Shown here: positions 49,333 to 60,900 of the stretch, piece after piece
How positions within the stretch are numbered: position 1 is the stretch's first letter
Layout: each line of letters begins with the position of its first letter
Source of the DNA: Raja brachyura
Taxonomy: Eukaryota
Direction: 5' to 3'
Length of the DNA: 64,000 nt
Assembly (NCBI GenBank): GCA_963514005.1
Contig: OY740810.1
Span: forward strand, 21,638,001 to 21,702,000
Program-made: the position numbers and the translations under genes
The notes under the pieces: generated by a model
Databases searched by the model: none
The model's input: only the letters and a program-made list of their open reading frames with translations
Told to the model about the DNA's origin: nothing

Positions 49333-49994
49333 TGTTAATATTCCGGGGTTTGGGTACTTTGGAAAAGGCAGGCATCTGTGAGAAACTGGGCTTCACTGAT
49401 AGTGACGATACATTGCAACGTACTGGAGACCCATGTGACCTAGTTGGCTCCAGTAAGTCTGGACCTCTGAAGACCTCTGAAGAATCCCCGGGGAGCTTCT
49501 GCCCATGTGACCCACCTGTCGCCACCAAGTCTGGCATCCCAAAATGGTTTCTGTTATGTTTCAGTTTACTGGCGCTGAATGCATGTTTGTGATTAGTTGT
49601 GGAAACTTTATGTTTCTATTATGTTTCGGTAACTTCCCGCCGGCATTTGTAATTGGTCTAAGAGGGGTTACCTCACCTAATATGTATTTACTTTGTATTC
49701 TGTGTACCGAAGAGGTGCAGTGATTGGTTTCGCGGAGTTGCCTCCCCCTGTACCTTTGCGGCGTTAGTTTTCCCGCTACTGTATAGCGGTATAAAAGGGT
49801 GGGTAATTCGTTAAGGCGTGTTGGTTGTCTTTCCTTCTGTTCTGTTTATGCGAGGCTGGTGAAGGCTCAAGTGAGTGGATCCGAGGCTGGCCCCGCGGTG
49901 CTGTATTCGAATAAAGAAGGGTCTGGACTCCAGTGTTCGACTCAGTGGTTTACTGAACCAGACTAAGGAGAGAGTATTAGATCCGGAATCAACA
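49333..49994 (+). mobile_element. Solo LTR (Gypsy- or ERV1-like)
   Basis: TGTT..ATTCCGG / CCGGAATCAACA inverted ends, 4-bp TSD GTAC, two ATTGG boxes, TATAAAA at 49790 and AATAAA at 49910. Confidence 0.85.
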
Positions 49995-51219
49995 GTACCT
50001 CTACATTCTTCCTATCAAAATCCATAATTTCATACTTTTCTGCAATGAATTTCCACTGTCCCACTTGTTGGCAGCGCTGGTAGAGCTGCTACCTCACAGC
50101 TCCAGTGACCTGGGTTCAGTCCCGACCCCCGGATCTGAATGTGTGGAGCTTATACATTTTACCTGTGACTGTGTGGATTTTGCACATGGTTCTTTAGATT
50201 CTCCCCACATGACGAAGTGATGTGAATGGTAGGCAATTGGCCACTGTAAGATGCCCTTAGTGTGCAGGTGAGTGGTGGAATCCTGGGGGCAGTTTATGGT
50301 AAGGTGTGGAAAATAATAACAGTATTAGATAGCATTAGTTTCAGTGTTTGTCATGGACTCGATGAGCTGAAGGGCCTGTTTCTGTGGTGTATGAACCTAT
50401 GTACCCTTGATTTCATTGGCGTGTCCATGTCCTTCTGAAGTATAATCTTACCTCCCTCAATGTTTGGAATAATTTTAAGTTCTGTATCATTTACAACTGG
50501 GTTTTTTTGCTTTGTACATCCCAGAGGAATCACAAATGTATATGGAGAGAAATGGTCCAATATTAACTGCTGGAATATATCAGTGTACCCTTCAGCCTGG
50601 AGAAACAGCTGCTCACTCTTACTTCTTCTCCTTATATTATTTTACTATTGTACCACAGTTCCTTTCTCCCGTTATATATGGTATAATCTTGTGAATAAAC
50701 CGTTCTGTACTACTTTGCAAAATTCGGAAAAGTCCAAAAATGTAATAAAACAAGATCATTCTACCAACCATCTCCATTACTTCATCAACTCAAATTAACT
50801 GACCATTTGGCTTTAATGTAAACCATTCCCTTCCAAATAATCTTGCCCTGTTTTTTATTCTTCCAGGTTTTTATTCTTCTTATAGCTTCTACGCATTTCA
50901 CTACACCAATTGGTGTATGTGACTAATAAAGAACCTTTTGAACCTTTTTTTGTTAGCTTCTCTATCACCAATATTAAGATCAATTTGGCTGTATTTCTTA
51001 AATGTTTCTGACTCCACCTTTTAAAACTGAATGGATAGTACTTGCTTAGTTTTGGATAGTTTTAACGGATAGTTTTGTTCCAAAAAACCATGAAGAAACA
51101 TAATGTTAAACAGATCCCGTGGGGTTTCAATCTGGAGCTACCAAGGAAAGCTTGGAACTCAGAACAATGCCTGAACACGAGCCCAGTGACCCCTTGTGAG
51201 GTGGGCAATGTGGGCTGAA

Positions 51220-52200
51220 TCATGAGCAATGATGAGATGGAGAATAGGAAGGAGATGGAGATTTCAGTGAGGTGATGTCAGGTCAATAACATTTCCCTCA
51301 GTCAGAAAGATGAAGTTACTGAAATATGCTGGTTATTGACTTCAGGAAGCAGGGTGGAGCATATGCCCCAACCAGCAGCAAAGGTGCAGAAGTGGAAATA
51401 GTTGAGAGCGCCAATTTCCTTGGCATTAATATTTCCAAAGCTCTATCATGGACCAACCACATTGATGTGACAACCAGGAAGGTACAACAATGCCTCTACT
51501 TCCTGAGGAGACTGAGAAAATTTGCCATGTCGCCAGTGACTTACAAACTTCTACAAATGCACCCTAGAAAGCATACAGTTGGATTGCAACACAGCTTGAT
51601 TTGGGAAAAGCTCTACCCAAGACCGCAAGTGATTGCAGAGTTGTAGATGTAGCCCATTCCATCACACAGACTAGACTTCCCACCATTGGCCCAATCCAAA
51701 CTTCATGTTGCCTTGGAAAAGCAGCCAAAATAATCAAATATTTGCCCAGCCCCATCATTCCTTTCTCGCTCTGCTCCCGTTCGTTAGGAGGTATAGACGC
51801 ATGAATGTGCACCAGCAGACTCAGGAACAACTTCTTCCCCTCTGTTATCAGGCTCCTGAATGCACCTTCTATGAGCAAGGGTACTGATCGATTCATCTCT
51901 ATCCCTTTGTGGATATTGGTCTTGGTCTATGGTACTGATACACAACAACGCTGAGAACTATATTCTGCACTCTATATCTTGTGAAAATGAATTCCTCTGT
52001 ACCTCATTACATGCGATAAACAAAGTACCATTCAATACGTTTGCTCTGAGTTTGCACTTGAGTTTGACTTGATTGTATTTATATACGGTATATATTTAAA
52101 CTAAAGTAAATTACATTTCTGATCTGTTGTAGATAGAATGCAAAACAAAGCTTTTTACTGTACCTCAGTTCATGTGACAATAATAAACCTAACCCTCAAC
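51220..52200 (+). mobile_element. Rex1/Babar-like LINE 3' fragment
   Basis: LVIDFRK...VEIVES..FLGINIS..LSWTNHID....VQQCLYFLRRLRKF; tail GACAATAATAAACCTAA. Confidence 0.88.
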
Positions 52201-52209
52201 CTAAACCAA

Positions 52210-52715
52210 CAGTCTGTCCCTTCCTTCTTTGTTGTTTTAATAGTATGTGTTAAATGTATGGTTTTTAGCATTCTTTAGCTTGTTTTATGTGAGGGGTTGA
52301 GGGAAACGTTTTTAAATCTCTTACCTTGACGGAGATGTGATTTTTTTCCATATCATATCTCCATCCGTACTGTGGCCTAACATTGAGGAGTTGGCGGCCT
52401 TTGCTGGAGACCGACTTTGGGAGTTTCGACTGCCCCGACGCGGGAGCTTCGATCGCCCCGACGCAGGAGGTTTGATCGCCCCGACGGGGGCTTCGACCGC
52501 TGGCTGCAGGAGATTCGATTGCCCCGACGCATGGTTTGACTGCCCTGACCACGGGAGAATAAAGAGGAAAGTAGATTGGACTTAGTTGCCTTCCATCACA
52601 GTGAGGATTGTGGTGGATGTTTATGTTAACTTTTCTGCAGTTGTGTGTCTTATTGCTTTTTTTTAGTATCAATCTTAATTGATAAACGTGACAATAAAAG
52701 ATCTTTCAAACCTTT
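52210..52715 (+). mobile_element. Non-coding retroposon with an internal ~23-bp GC-rich tandem repeat (52424-52548)
   Basis: About five units of TTCGA(T/C)(C/T)GCCCCGACG(C/G)GGGAG; shares 5' and 3' blocks with 59803-60690; GACAATAAA tail. Confidence 0.7.
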
Positions 52716-52941
52716 GAAACGAGCAAACTTTGAGGCACTAATAACAACAAAGTGGCAATGAATTAAATGATATGAAGTGACGAACCTTCGAATAATGTTA
52801 GTGATTTTTCAGTCCTTTGGCATCAAGGTGGTTGGAAAATTATCGCCAGAGACAAACAGCTTTTATACTCATGATTCCATCAGTATCTCTATTCCAGAGC
52901 ATTTGCTGTTCTGATTTGAGACCTGCAAACTTTTAAAGTAC

Positions 52942-53033
52942 GAAGATAGACATAAATTACTAGAGTAACTCATGCAGCATGTCTGGAGATAAGGAATGGG
53001 TAGTGTTTCAGGTCGAGACCCTTCTTCTTTCCT
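52942..53033 (-). mobile_element. Short Penelope terminal-repeat insertion
   Basis: Perfect 15-bp TSD AAACTTTTAAAGTAC (52927-52941 and 53034-53048). Confidence 0.8.
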
Positions 53034-53426
53034 AAACTTTTAAAGTACCCTCTGTTTATCTCATTTTATCTTGGCACAATCGCTGCAACTCCTACTCTGG
53101 CAGCATTCTCTCCCCCTAACGAAGACTGATGGAACTTCCTTCATGTCCCACTGTTCCTGGCTCAGTTCACTCAATAACCACCAAAGGGACATAAAAACTG
53201 AGAGACAAAGCAGGAGAAGGTCAGACAAACCTTCAGGTCTCAAAGCCCACATTCAGTGCGATCAACTTAATAATTGGTGCAGGTTTACACTAATTATGCT
53301 TGTTTGTCCTTTGAGGAGATCCTTCACATTGTGCTGGTTGTTTTAGGGAAAATAAAACTAGCAGCAACAATTTAAACCTTTTGGAATGAACTTAGTAATT
53401 ACCTAATGTACACCAATTTAACTAAT

Positions 53427-53617
53427 AGACAAAAATGCTGGAGAAACTCAGTAGGTGAGGCAGCATCTATGGAGCGAAGGAAATAGGTAACGTTTCGGGT
53501 CGAAACCCTTCTTCAGCGTTGCCTATTTCCTTTGCTCCATAGATGCTGCCTCACCCGCTGAGATTCTCCAGCATTTTTGTCTACCTTCGATTTTCCAGCA
53601 TCTGCAGTTCCTTCTTA
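53427..53617. mobile_element. Fold-back Penelope-derived insertion with a hammerhead core (53489-53516, minus strand)
   Basis: Near-perfect inverted arms of ~67 bp; minus strand CTGAAGA-A-GGGT ttcg ACCC-GAAA-CG-TT; TSD ACCAAT(T/A)TAACTAAT. Confidence 0.85.
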
Positions 53618-54104
53618 ACCAATATAACTAATGATTAGTTCCATATGCAGTTTTGAGAAGAAGATTTGAGATTATCAGATGAATGACTTTAATGGAGCTA
53701 ACATCAGTTTAATTCAATCGCCTTGGTTAGAATCAAATATTCCACACAGGTCCTTTCCTTGCAAACTATCAGTTGCATTGAGCAGAGATAGGAATAAAAA
53801 TAAAGTGAAAGCGATAGATCTATTGGGAGGAAGTTTCATTGTTCATACTTTTGAGTGTAATTTGCTTGTATTGGCAAAACCTCATCTGCAAAACCTAGAT
53901 AAGTATCTTCTGGGATGTTACCAGCCTGGGGTTTTATCTTTTAATTTATACTGATTGCCAATTTTATTCCTGTTAATTAAATGAGACAATCTATTCTCCA
54001 AGTGTTGATTTAAAGCAGATTTGCGAACAAAAAAAATCCGCTCACAGCCAAATTGTATCATTTGCTTTCCTCTGTGTCAATGTTTCTATGAGTCTCATTA
54101 CATC

Positions 54105-54420
54105 TGAATGGTGTAGGAATGGGAAGGAGAAATAAAGTGTCTAGCAGCCGGGAGATCGGTAGATTCAGGCGGGCTGAGCAAAGGTGTTCTGCGAAACAAT
54201 CGACCAGTCTGCGTTTGATCTCACTGATGTATAAGAGTCCACACCTTGAACAACGGATACAGTCGATGAGGTTGGAGGAGGTGCAAGTGAACCTCTGCCT
54301 AACCTGAAAGGACTGTTGGGGTCCCTGGACAGAGTCAAGGGAGGAGTTTGAAGAAGGGTCTCGACTCGTAAAGTCACCCATTCCACTGACTGTCCCGCTG
54401 AGTTACTCCAGCTTTTTGTA
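54105..54420 (-). mobile_element. Penelope-like GIY-YIG endonuclease fragment with an inverted terminal-repeat piece
   Basis: FQVRQRFTCTSSNLI.CIRCSRCGLLYISE.KRRL.D.FAEH. Confidence 0.88.
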
Positions 54421-55464
54421 TTTATCTCATTACTTCTGAGTTTGAAGGTTTTCAGTTCAAACATCAGTCCAATTCCTGAGCCTATAATCTTCTTTGAGTC
54501 CAATTCCTGGAACTTCCTAGCTAATTGCACTGAATGGCAGAGGTTAAGTAAAAAAGATCGCCATCTCCTTCCTGAGGAGCAATGGCCGATAAACGTCAGT
54601 CTTGCCAGCTGTGCTGCAACCCAGAATGAAGGGAAGCAATCCTGTGTTTTACTTCTGTCTGTACAAAGTGATCGCTGCATTGCTCGAGGTGCTGTCTTTT
54701 GAAACAAGTCTCTTGTCATTTTATACCATGAGGCATAAACAATCCCGTGGTTCTGTTTAAAAGCGCAACAAGTTCACCGGATGTCACAGCTGATTTTCCA
54801 TCCTTAGAAAACGGCAACAAAAAATAGATTTTCGGTCAATCATAAATTTGGTGGATCATTCTGCGCATTATCTAGCTGCTGGATTTAGCTGCATAGCACA
54901 ATTAAATGACTAAGAAAGTAATCCTTTGTATTGGGGATTCTAATGTAATAAGGTCCTAGATAAATTCCAAATATTTTTGTCTATTTTCCTAAGTAAATAC
55001 TTAAAGAGATTGAATCGTACAAAGAGTTAGGACTTTATCCTGTCAGCTTTGCAGCTTTCATTTGAATCTAGCTCAGGATGATGAAAAAAAGACTTCTTTC
55101 TAAGCTGGATATAAAGGCTCAACATACATTGACAATTGGTAGGTCTTAGCTCATTTTCCCGAGCACATATCTTCCCATTTTATGATAGAGATTGTCACTC
55201 ATGTTGCTTGAGCTACTGGTGCAGTATAAAACAGGGGTTGTTGATGATCAAATTTCTTCTGGAGCGCAAATGATTGTATGACACTGAAAACCAGACTAAG
55301 TTACCAAGGTGCAAGATGTTGGAGGTGGAGGGGGATGGTGCGGGGGGCAGGGGGATATTAAAAAGATTGTAAACATGAGGAGAAAGCTCAGAAAACAATA
55401 AATGAGGTAGTGACAGAAAGGAAGAGTAACCAGAAGTGTCTGGAAAGGTACATTAAATGTGTCA

Positions 55465-55835
55465 TAAGGTCCAAAGGTCATGTGATAGGAGCAGAATTAG
55501 GCCATTTGGCCCATCAAGTCTACTCTGACATTCAATCATGGGCGATCTGTCTCTCCATCCTAACTCCATTCTCCTGCCTTCTAACTATAACCCCTGACAC
55601 TCGTACTATTCAAAAGTCTATCCATCTCTGCCTTATAAATATCAATTGTCTTGGCCTCCACGGCCTTCTTAGGCAAATAATCCCACAGATTCACCACCCT
55701 CTAGCTAATGAAATTCCTTCTCATCTCCTTCCTGAAGGAACATCTTTTAATTCTGGGGGTATGACCTCTAGTCCTTGACTCTCCCACTAGTGGAAACATC
55801 CTCTCCAAATCCACTCTATCCAAGCCTTTCACCAT
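55465..55835 (-). mobile_element. CR1-like LINE 3' fragment
   Basis: Near-paralog of 46505-46890. Confidence 0.85.
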
Positions 55836-56683
55836 TCGAATGGCTTTGAATTAGCGCATCTTTTATAGCAAGCTAACATATGTACCGAATCTTTGATGTG
55901 AGCATTTTATTCATAGAATTTTCACTGCAATGCCATTTACTCTTGTATTTTTGATTTAAAAATCTATTTTTCATTTTAACAATAGTGGGTTACTCTATAG
56001 ATATAAAACTGTTTGAAATATCTATATTGCATTTCCTCACTTTATTCGATTTATAAAGATTTTGATTAATGGAACATTTTTCCAGGGACATAATCCTATT
56101 TTAAATTTAATTTTAATGTCACAGTTTAATTGTGCAAGATGTCTAAATGCTGAGAGCCCTTACGAAGGCAGCAGAGGAGTGTTGGTAGTCTTGGGGTGTG
56201 AATCATCACTATAGTGCAATCAAGTCAATGGAATTTTGGAATAGGTTAATCGGTGGATCCACCACCTCCATCACCAGTCTTTTCTAAGCCATTCATTGAG
56301 GACATCAGATGATGCTGGTTTATCGGCTTCCAGTTCCATTAGTTTCTCCAACACTTTTTCAATTTTGTTTATCTAGTTAAGTTCCTCATTCAATCTAGAC
56401 ATGCTTTTCTGCATATATCCAAGGAATTTTCTTTTGTGAACTCAGACACGCGATATTTATTTAATTTCTCTGCTGCTTCCTTATGGCCCAGTGTGATATT
56501 TCCTGCCTCAGTCTGTACGAGATGCACATTAACTTTTACTAATCTTTTTATTTTTAGTACCGTGCTGGTAATTGGGAACCACAAACTCTTTCAGACGAGG
56601 AGCTGGAAAAGGTGAAAGTGTGAGTTTTTTGAGGCAGTGCACTGTTTCAGCCACATACACAAGGCTTTTGTGCACTCCATATG

Positions 56684-56987
56684 TTTAGTTTAGGTTAGTT
56701 TGGAGATACAGTGTAGAATCAGGACGTTCGGCCCACTGAGTCCATGCCAACCAGTCATCCTCGTACACTTTCCCTATCCTAGAGCCAATTTACAAGTTTT
56801 ACCGAAGCCAATTAACCTACAAACCTGTACATCTTTGGAGTGTGGGAGGAAACCAGTGCACCCAGGGAAAACTCATATGGTCACGGAGAAAAATGTATAA
56901 ACTCTGTACACACCGCACCTGTGGCTAGGATCGAACACGGGTTTCTGGTGCTCTAGGTAGCAACTCTAGCACAGTGCCACTGTGTCC
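56684..56987 (-). mobile_element. HE1-like V-SINE
   Basis: Family motifs and (TTTAG)n tail. Confidence 0.82.
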
Positions 56988-57069
56988 TGAGTTCTTCAAC
57001 ACCATCCCTAATGCCTCATTTCAATTTCAATGATCATGGTCCAATTTAACTGTTTCTGGCAGCATTATA

Positions 57070-57936
57070 CAGACAAAGCCAGAAACCTTGGTGTAGTTAT
57101 AGACTCGGATTTGAATTTTAACAGCCATATAAAGACCATTACCAAATCTGCCTACTACCATCTAAAAAACATTGCAAGAATCAAGGGATTTCTGTCCAAA
57201 GAAGACACTGAAAAACTTGTTCATGCATATATCTTCAGTAGGTTAGATATTGTAATAGTATCTTTACAGGTCTCAGTAAAAAATCAATTAAACAACTGCA
57301 GCTTATCCAGAATGCCGCTGCCAGAGTCTTAACCAACACCAAGAAAATGGACCACATTACACCTGTCCTTAAATCTTTGCACTGGCTCCCTGTGTGTAAA
57401 AGGATAGATTTTAAAATTCTGCTACTGGCATACAAGGCTCTGAATGGTCTGAGTCCAAAAAACATCTCTGACCTTCTTGTTGTTTATGAGGCACCTAGAC
57501 TCCTCAGGTCTTCGGGGACAGGTTTACTCCATGTTCCCAGGGTGAAAACAAAAAGGGCTGAAGCAGCATTCAGTTTCTATGCTCCACACCTGTGGAACAG
57601 GCCCCCGAACACCTGAGGTGTGCACAGTCTGTAACCACATTTAAGACAGGCCTAAAGACACTATTGTTTGATGTAGCTTTTTCATGACCCTACATGCGGG
57701 TAATTTTAATCTTCTTGTTTTAACCTTTTTATGTGCTTTTAAAATCGCCTTAATATTTTAGTGATTTTGTTTTACTATTCATGCAATTGGTTTATTGGCT
57801 ATTTTGTTGTCCTGTGTTGTATTGTGGTTCTGCAATGTTTTTAAACTATGTTATTCTCTTGTTTCTTTTGTAAAGCACTATGAATTGCAGCTTGTATGAA
57901 TGGTGCTATATAAATAAACTTGCCTTGCCTTGCCTT
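57070..57936 (+). mobile_element. L2-clade LINE 3' fragment
   Basis: ARNLGVVIDSDLNFNSHI...SAYYHLKNIARI...SRLD; QNAAARVLT..HITPVLKSLHWLPV..RIDFKILLL; tail ATAAATAAA(CTTGC)n. Confidence 0.92.
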
Positions 57937-59275
57937 ATAAGACTTTTTCAAATTATCTTTATCTTTTTGTTTTAACCACATTTGGAACATATTTGCCTTA
58001 AGTGCCTCAAATGAATACACATTTTGTTGTAAATCATGTATTAGTTATTTTCAATCTATCCATTGTTTATTTACTTCATATAATCTCTCAATGTCAGCAC
58101 ATAATTTCTAAATGTGTAGTTTGTTTTATTTATGTTTCAAAAACCTGGTTTCACATTCAAATAAATCACTTTACATTTTTTAGGCAAAATTCTGAAGAGT
58201 TCTCAATTCCACAATTATAACTCGACCCTATTCTTAGGACGCTATCCTAATTAAAAAAACCTAAGCCATTATGTGAAAAATAATTACCATAGGATGGAGT
58301 TATATATTCAATTTAAGAGGTCCACACTTGTGAAATTAACAACTTTACATGATTCATCCAAGGCGTCCAAGGCTAATCAAAATTGTCAAGGTTGGAATTA
58401 AAACTGATTGTTTTGTCATGCACAACAGTAAGACCGTTAATTAGGAGAGTATTTAGAATTAGTAACAGCAACATGAATTCGACAAAGAGTTCAAGCCCAG
58501 TTGAGGAGAGTAAAGAAGCAGCATCTGATAACAAGTGTGATGTTGCTGCACGATGCTTTTGATGAGTGCATCACTGCAGGAAACGAAATACAACTTTTAG
58601 AGCTAAAATGAAACTGAAAACTGCTGGAAACACTCAGCGAGCCATCAAGTGCAAAGATTGATAATGCATTTCTCTGCTTTCTGCGTAGATGTTTCTGGAC
58701 GTGCTAAGTATTTCCAGCGTTTTCTGTTTTATTTTTTGGACTTCTAACTTCAGATGTGCTTTGCTTTTGGACATTTTTTAGAGCTCTCCCTGTTTACTGA
58801 GTAATACAAGGTGTACTGTTTCAGCGTAGACCAAAAGCCAGAGGGGCTCATCCATTACACCAGCGACAAGAAGATTGAAAGTTCCTGCAGTAACAACATC
58901 ATCAAATACGTCGAGTGAAAGGGTGAGCTGGAAACCTCCGATTAATCACGGTGACTTCATACAGGTTTGAAACATTGAGGCTTCAGTTCAGTTTCAAGCA
59001 CAGAGGAAAATAAGGGGTAGTGCATGCAAATCATCAAATATTAGTTCGCAAACCAATCAAGTGGTTACATGTACATGTTGGCTTAAATGATAATCAAGGT
59101 CAATCTTAGTTATTGAATACACAAGTTTTAATATTTGTGTATGCTTGCGAAAGTATCATGTCATTGGACATTGTTTCCAAAAGCACTAAAGATCATGAAC
59201 AGTGTTAATATTGTCTAAAGCATGTGGCAGTAACAAAAGCAAGATGTCCCATGTTAAGCCACAGTCATGTGAATG

Positions 59276-59487
59276 AGTAGAAACAAGGAACTGTAGATGC
59301 TGGTTAATAAACAAAAGGACACAAAGTGCTGGAGTAACTCAGCAGGTCACGTAGCATCTCTGGAAAACATGGATAGGTGCCATTTTAGCTCAGGACCCTT
59401 CTTCAGACTCCGAAGAAGAGTCCCGACCTGAAACATCAGTATACATGCTGCTTGACCTGCTGAGTTACTCCAGCATGTTGTGCCCTT
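59276..59487. mobile_element. Fold-back Penelope-derived insertion with two divergent, decayed hammerhead motifs
   Basis: Inverted arms; centre CCCTTCTTCAGACTCCGAAGAAGAG; TSD TCATGTGAATG. Confidence 0.78.
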
Positions 59488-59802
59488 TCATGTGAATGGG
59501 TTTGGTGTTAAGGACAAGATTGGTTGAAAAGGTTGTTGCTGTTTGCTTAAGGTTAGAGCAATGAAAAACAACCAAATGAAGAAAACAAGTAAGCTTCCAT
59601 ATGATCATCCCTCAACCTCCAATGATCACGAGACTCTAAAGGTTATAATTTTATAACAGACGGCTACAAAGGAGAAGTTGGCACAATACTGAAACTGAGT
59701 CTTGTGAACAACAAAGCCTAAATTAAAGTTACACCAATGGAGAATGTAGCAACTGCAAAATTGCAGAGTTCGTTAATGAAAAGTACATCACTAAGTGCCT
59801 GC

Positions 59803-60690
59803 AGTCAGTCTGTTTTTTCTTTTTTGTTGTTGTTTTTGCTTATGTCTGTTTTAGTTTAGTTAGTTTATTAGATTGTGTAAGTGTGGGGGGGGGGGGGGTG
59901 GGAGAAACAGGGTTTTAGTCTCTTCCTTCGGGGGGATACGACCTTTTCTTGTCGTATCCCCTGTCTCCGTCTGCACTGAGGCCCTAATGGCGGAGCTGAC
60001 GGCCTCGGGCGGCGTTCGCAGCAGCGGCAGTTCCGGCAGCGGCAGTTCTGGCAGCGGCAGTTCCGGCAGTGGCAGTGGCTCGACTGGCCTGACCTGGCAG
60101 CAGCAGCGGCCCGACTTGGAGCTGTGGCGGCATTCCGGCAGCGGCAGCGGCCCGACCTGGAGCTGTGTTCCGGTAGCGGCAGCGGCCCGACCTGGAGCTG
60201 TGGCCTGTCTTTGGAGTTGTCGCAGTGTTCTGGTGTTTCAGCGCAGCTTCCAAGGCCCGGCCGCGGGCCCAGTGGACGACATCGTCGGGAGCTTGCAGGT
60301 CACAGGTTGGTGACCTGTTTTCTGGAGCTCCCGCTGGACTGGAGGGCGGCAGCTTCGGCTGCTTTGACCACCCTGGGCTGCGGAGTTTGAATCGGCCCGT
60401 TCGCGGAGCTGGATTCAGCCGCGGGACTGACTCACTTACCACACCCGGCGGGGTCACAACATCGGAGGCCTGGATCGTCTCAGCGCAGAGGGAGAACAAG
60501 GAGGGAAGAGACAAAGACTAAGACTTTTGCCTTCCACCACAGTGAGGAGGTGTTTGGTGAACTCACTGTGGTGGATGTTAAATTTGTGTTTTTTGTGTGT
60601 TTTTGTTACTTTTAATATATGTATGACTGCAGGCACGAAATTTCTTTCAGACCGAAAGGTCTGAATGACAATAAAGGTAATCTGAATCTT
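59803..60690 (+). mobile_element. Non-coding retroposon with GC-rich 15-bp and ~33-bp tandem repeats
   Basis: (GCAGCGGCAGTTCCG)x3 and (GCAGCGGCCCGACCTGGAGCTGTG)x3; 13-bp inverted repeat CCACCACAGTGAG/CTCACTGTGGTGG; GAAA-loop hairpin; GACAATAAA. Confidence 0.75.
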
Positions 60691-60900
60691 GGTTGCTGTT
60701 GTGACACTATGACACAAGGTTCTCGATTTCTTTCTTGTACTCCATCTCATTGTTATTGATCTGGTTGGCCACAGATATCATCAGCGAATGTAAGATTGAG
60801 TTGCTCACACAGACATGGGCGTACAGGGAATGGTGTTGGGGGTCTCAGTACACAACCACGAGAGACACCAGTGTTGAGGGTCAGGGTGGGGGCGATGATA
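60691..60900 (-). mobile_element. Rex1/Babar-like RT fragment
   Basis: PTLTLNTGVSRGCVL and a decayed LY..C....FADD motif. Confidence 0.65.

Noticed and set aside
52424-52548. Regularly spaced repeats resembling a CRISPR array
   Set aside because: Head-to-tail ~23-bp units without unique spacers, eukaryotic context, no cas genes.
59873-60521. Overlapping Gly/Ser/Ala-rich ORFs; possible CpG-island gene
   Set aside because: Explained by GC-rich tandem repeats within a dispersed repeat whose ends recur elsewhere in the window.
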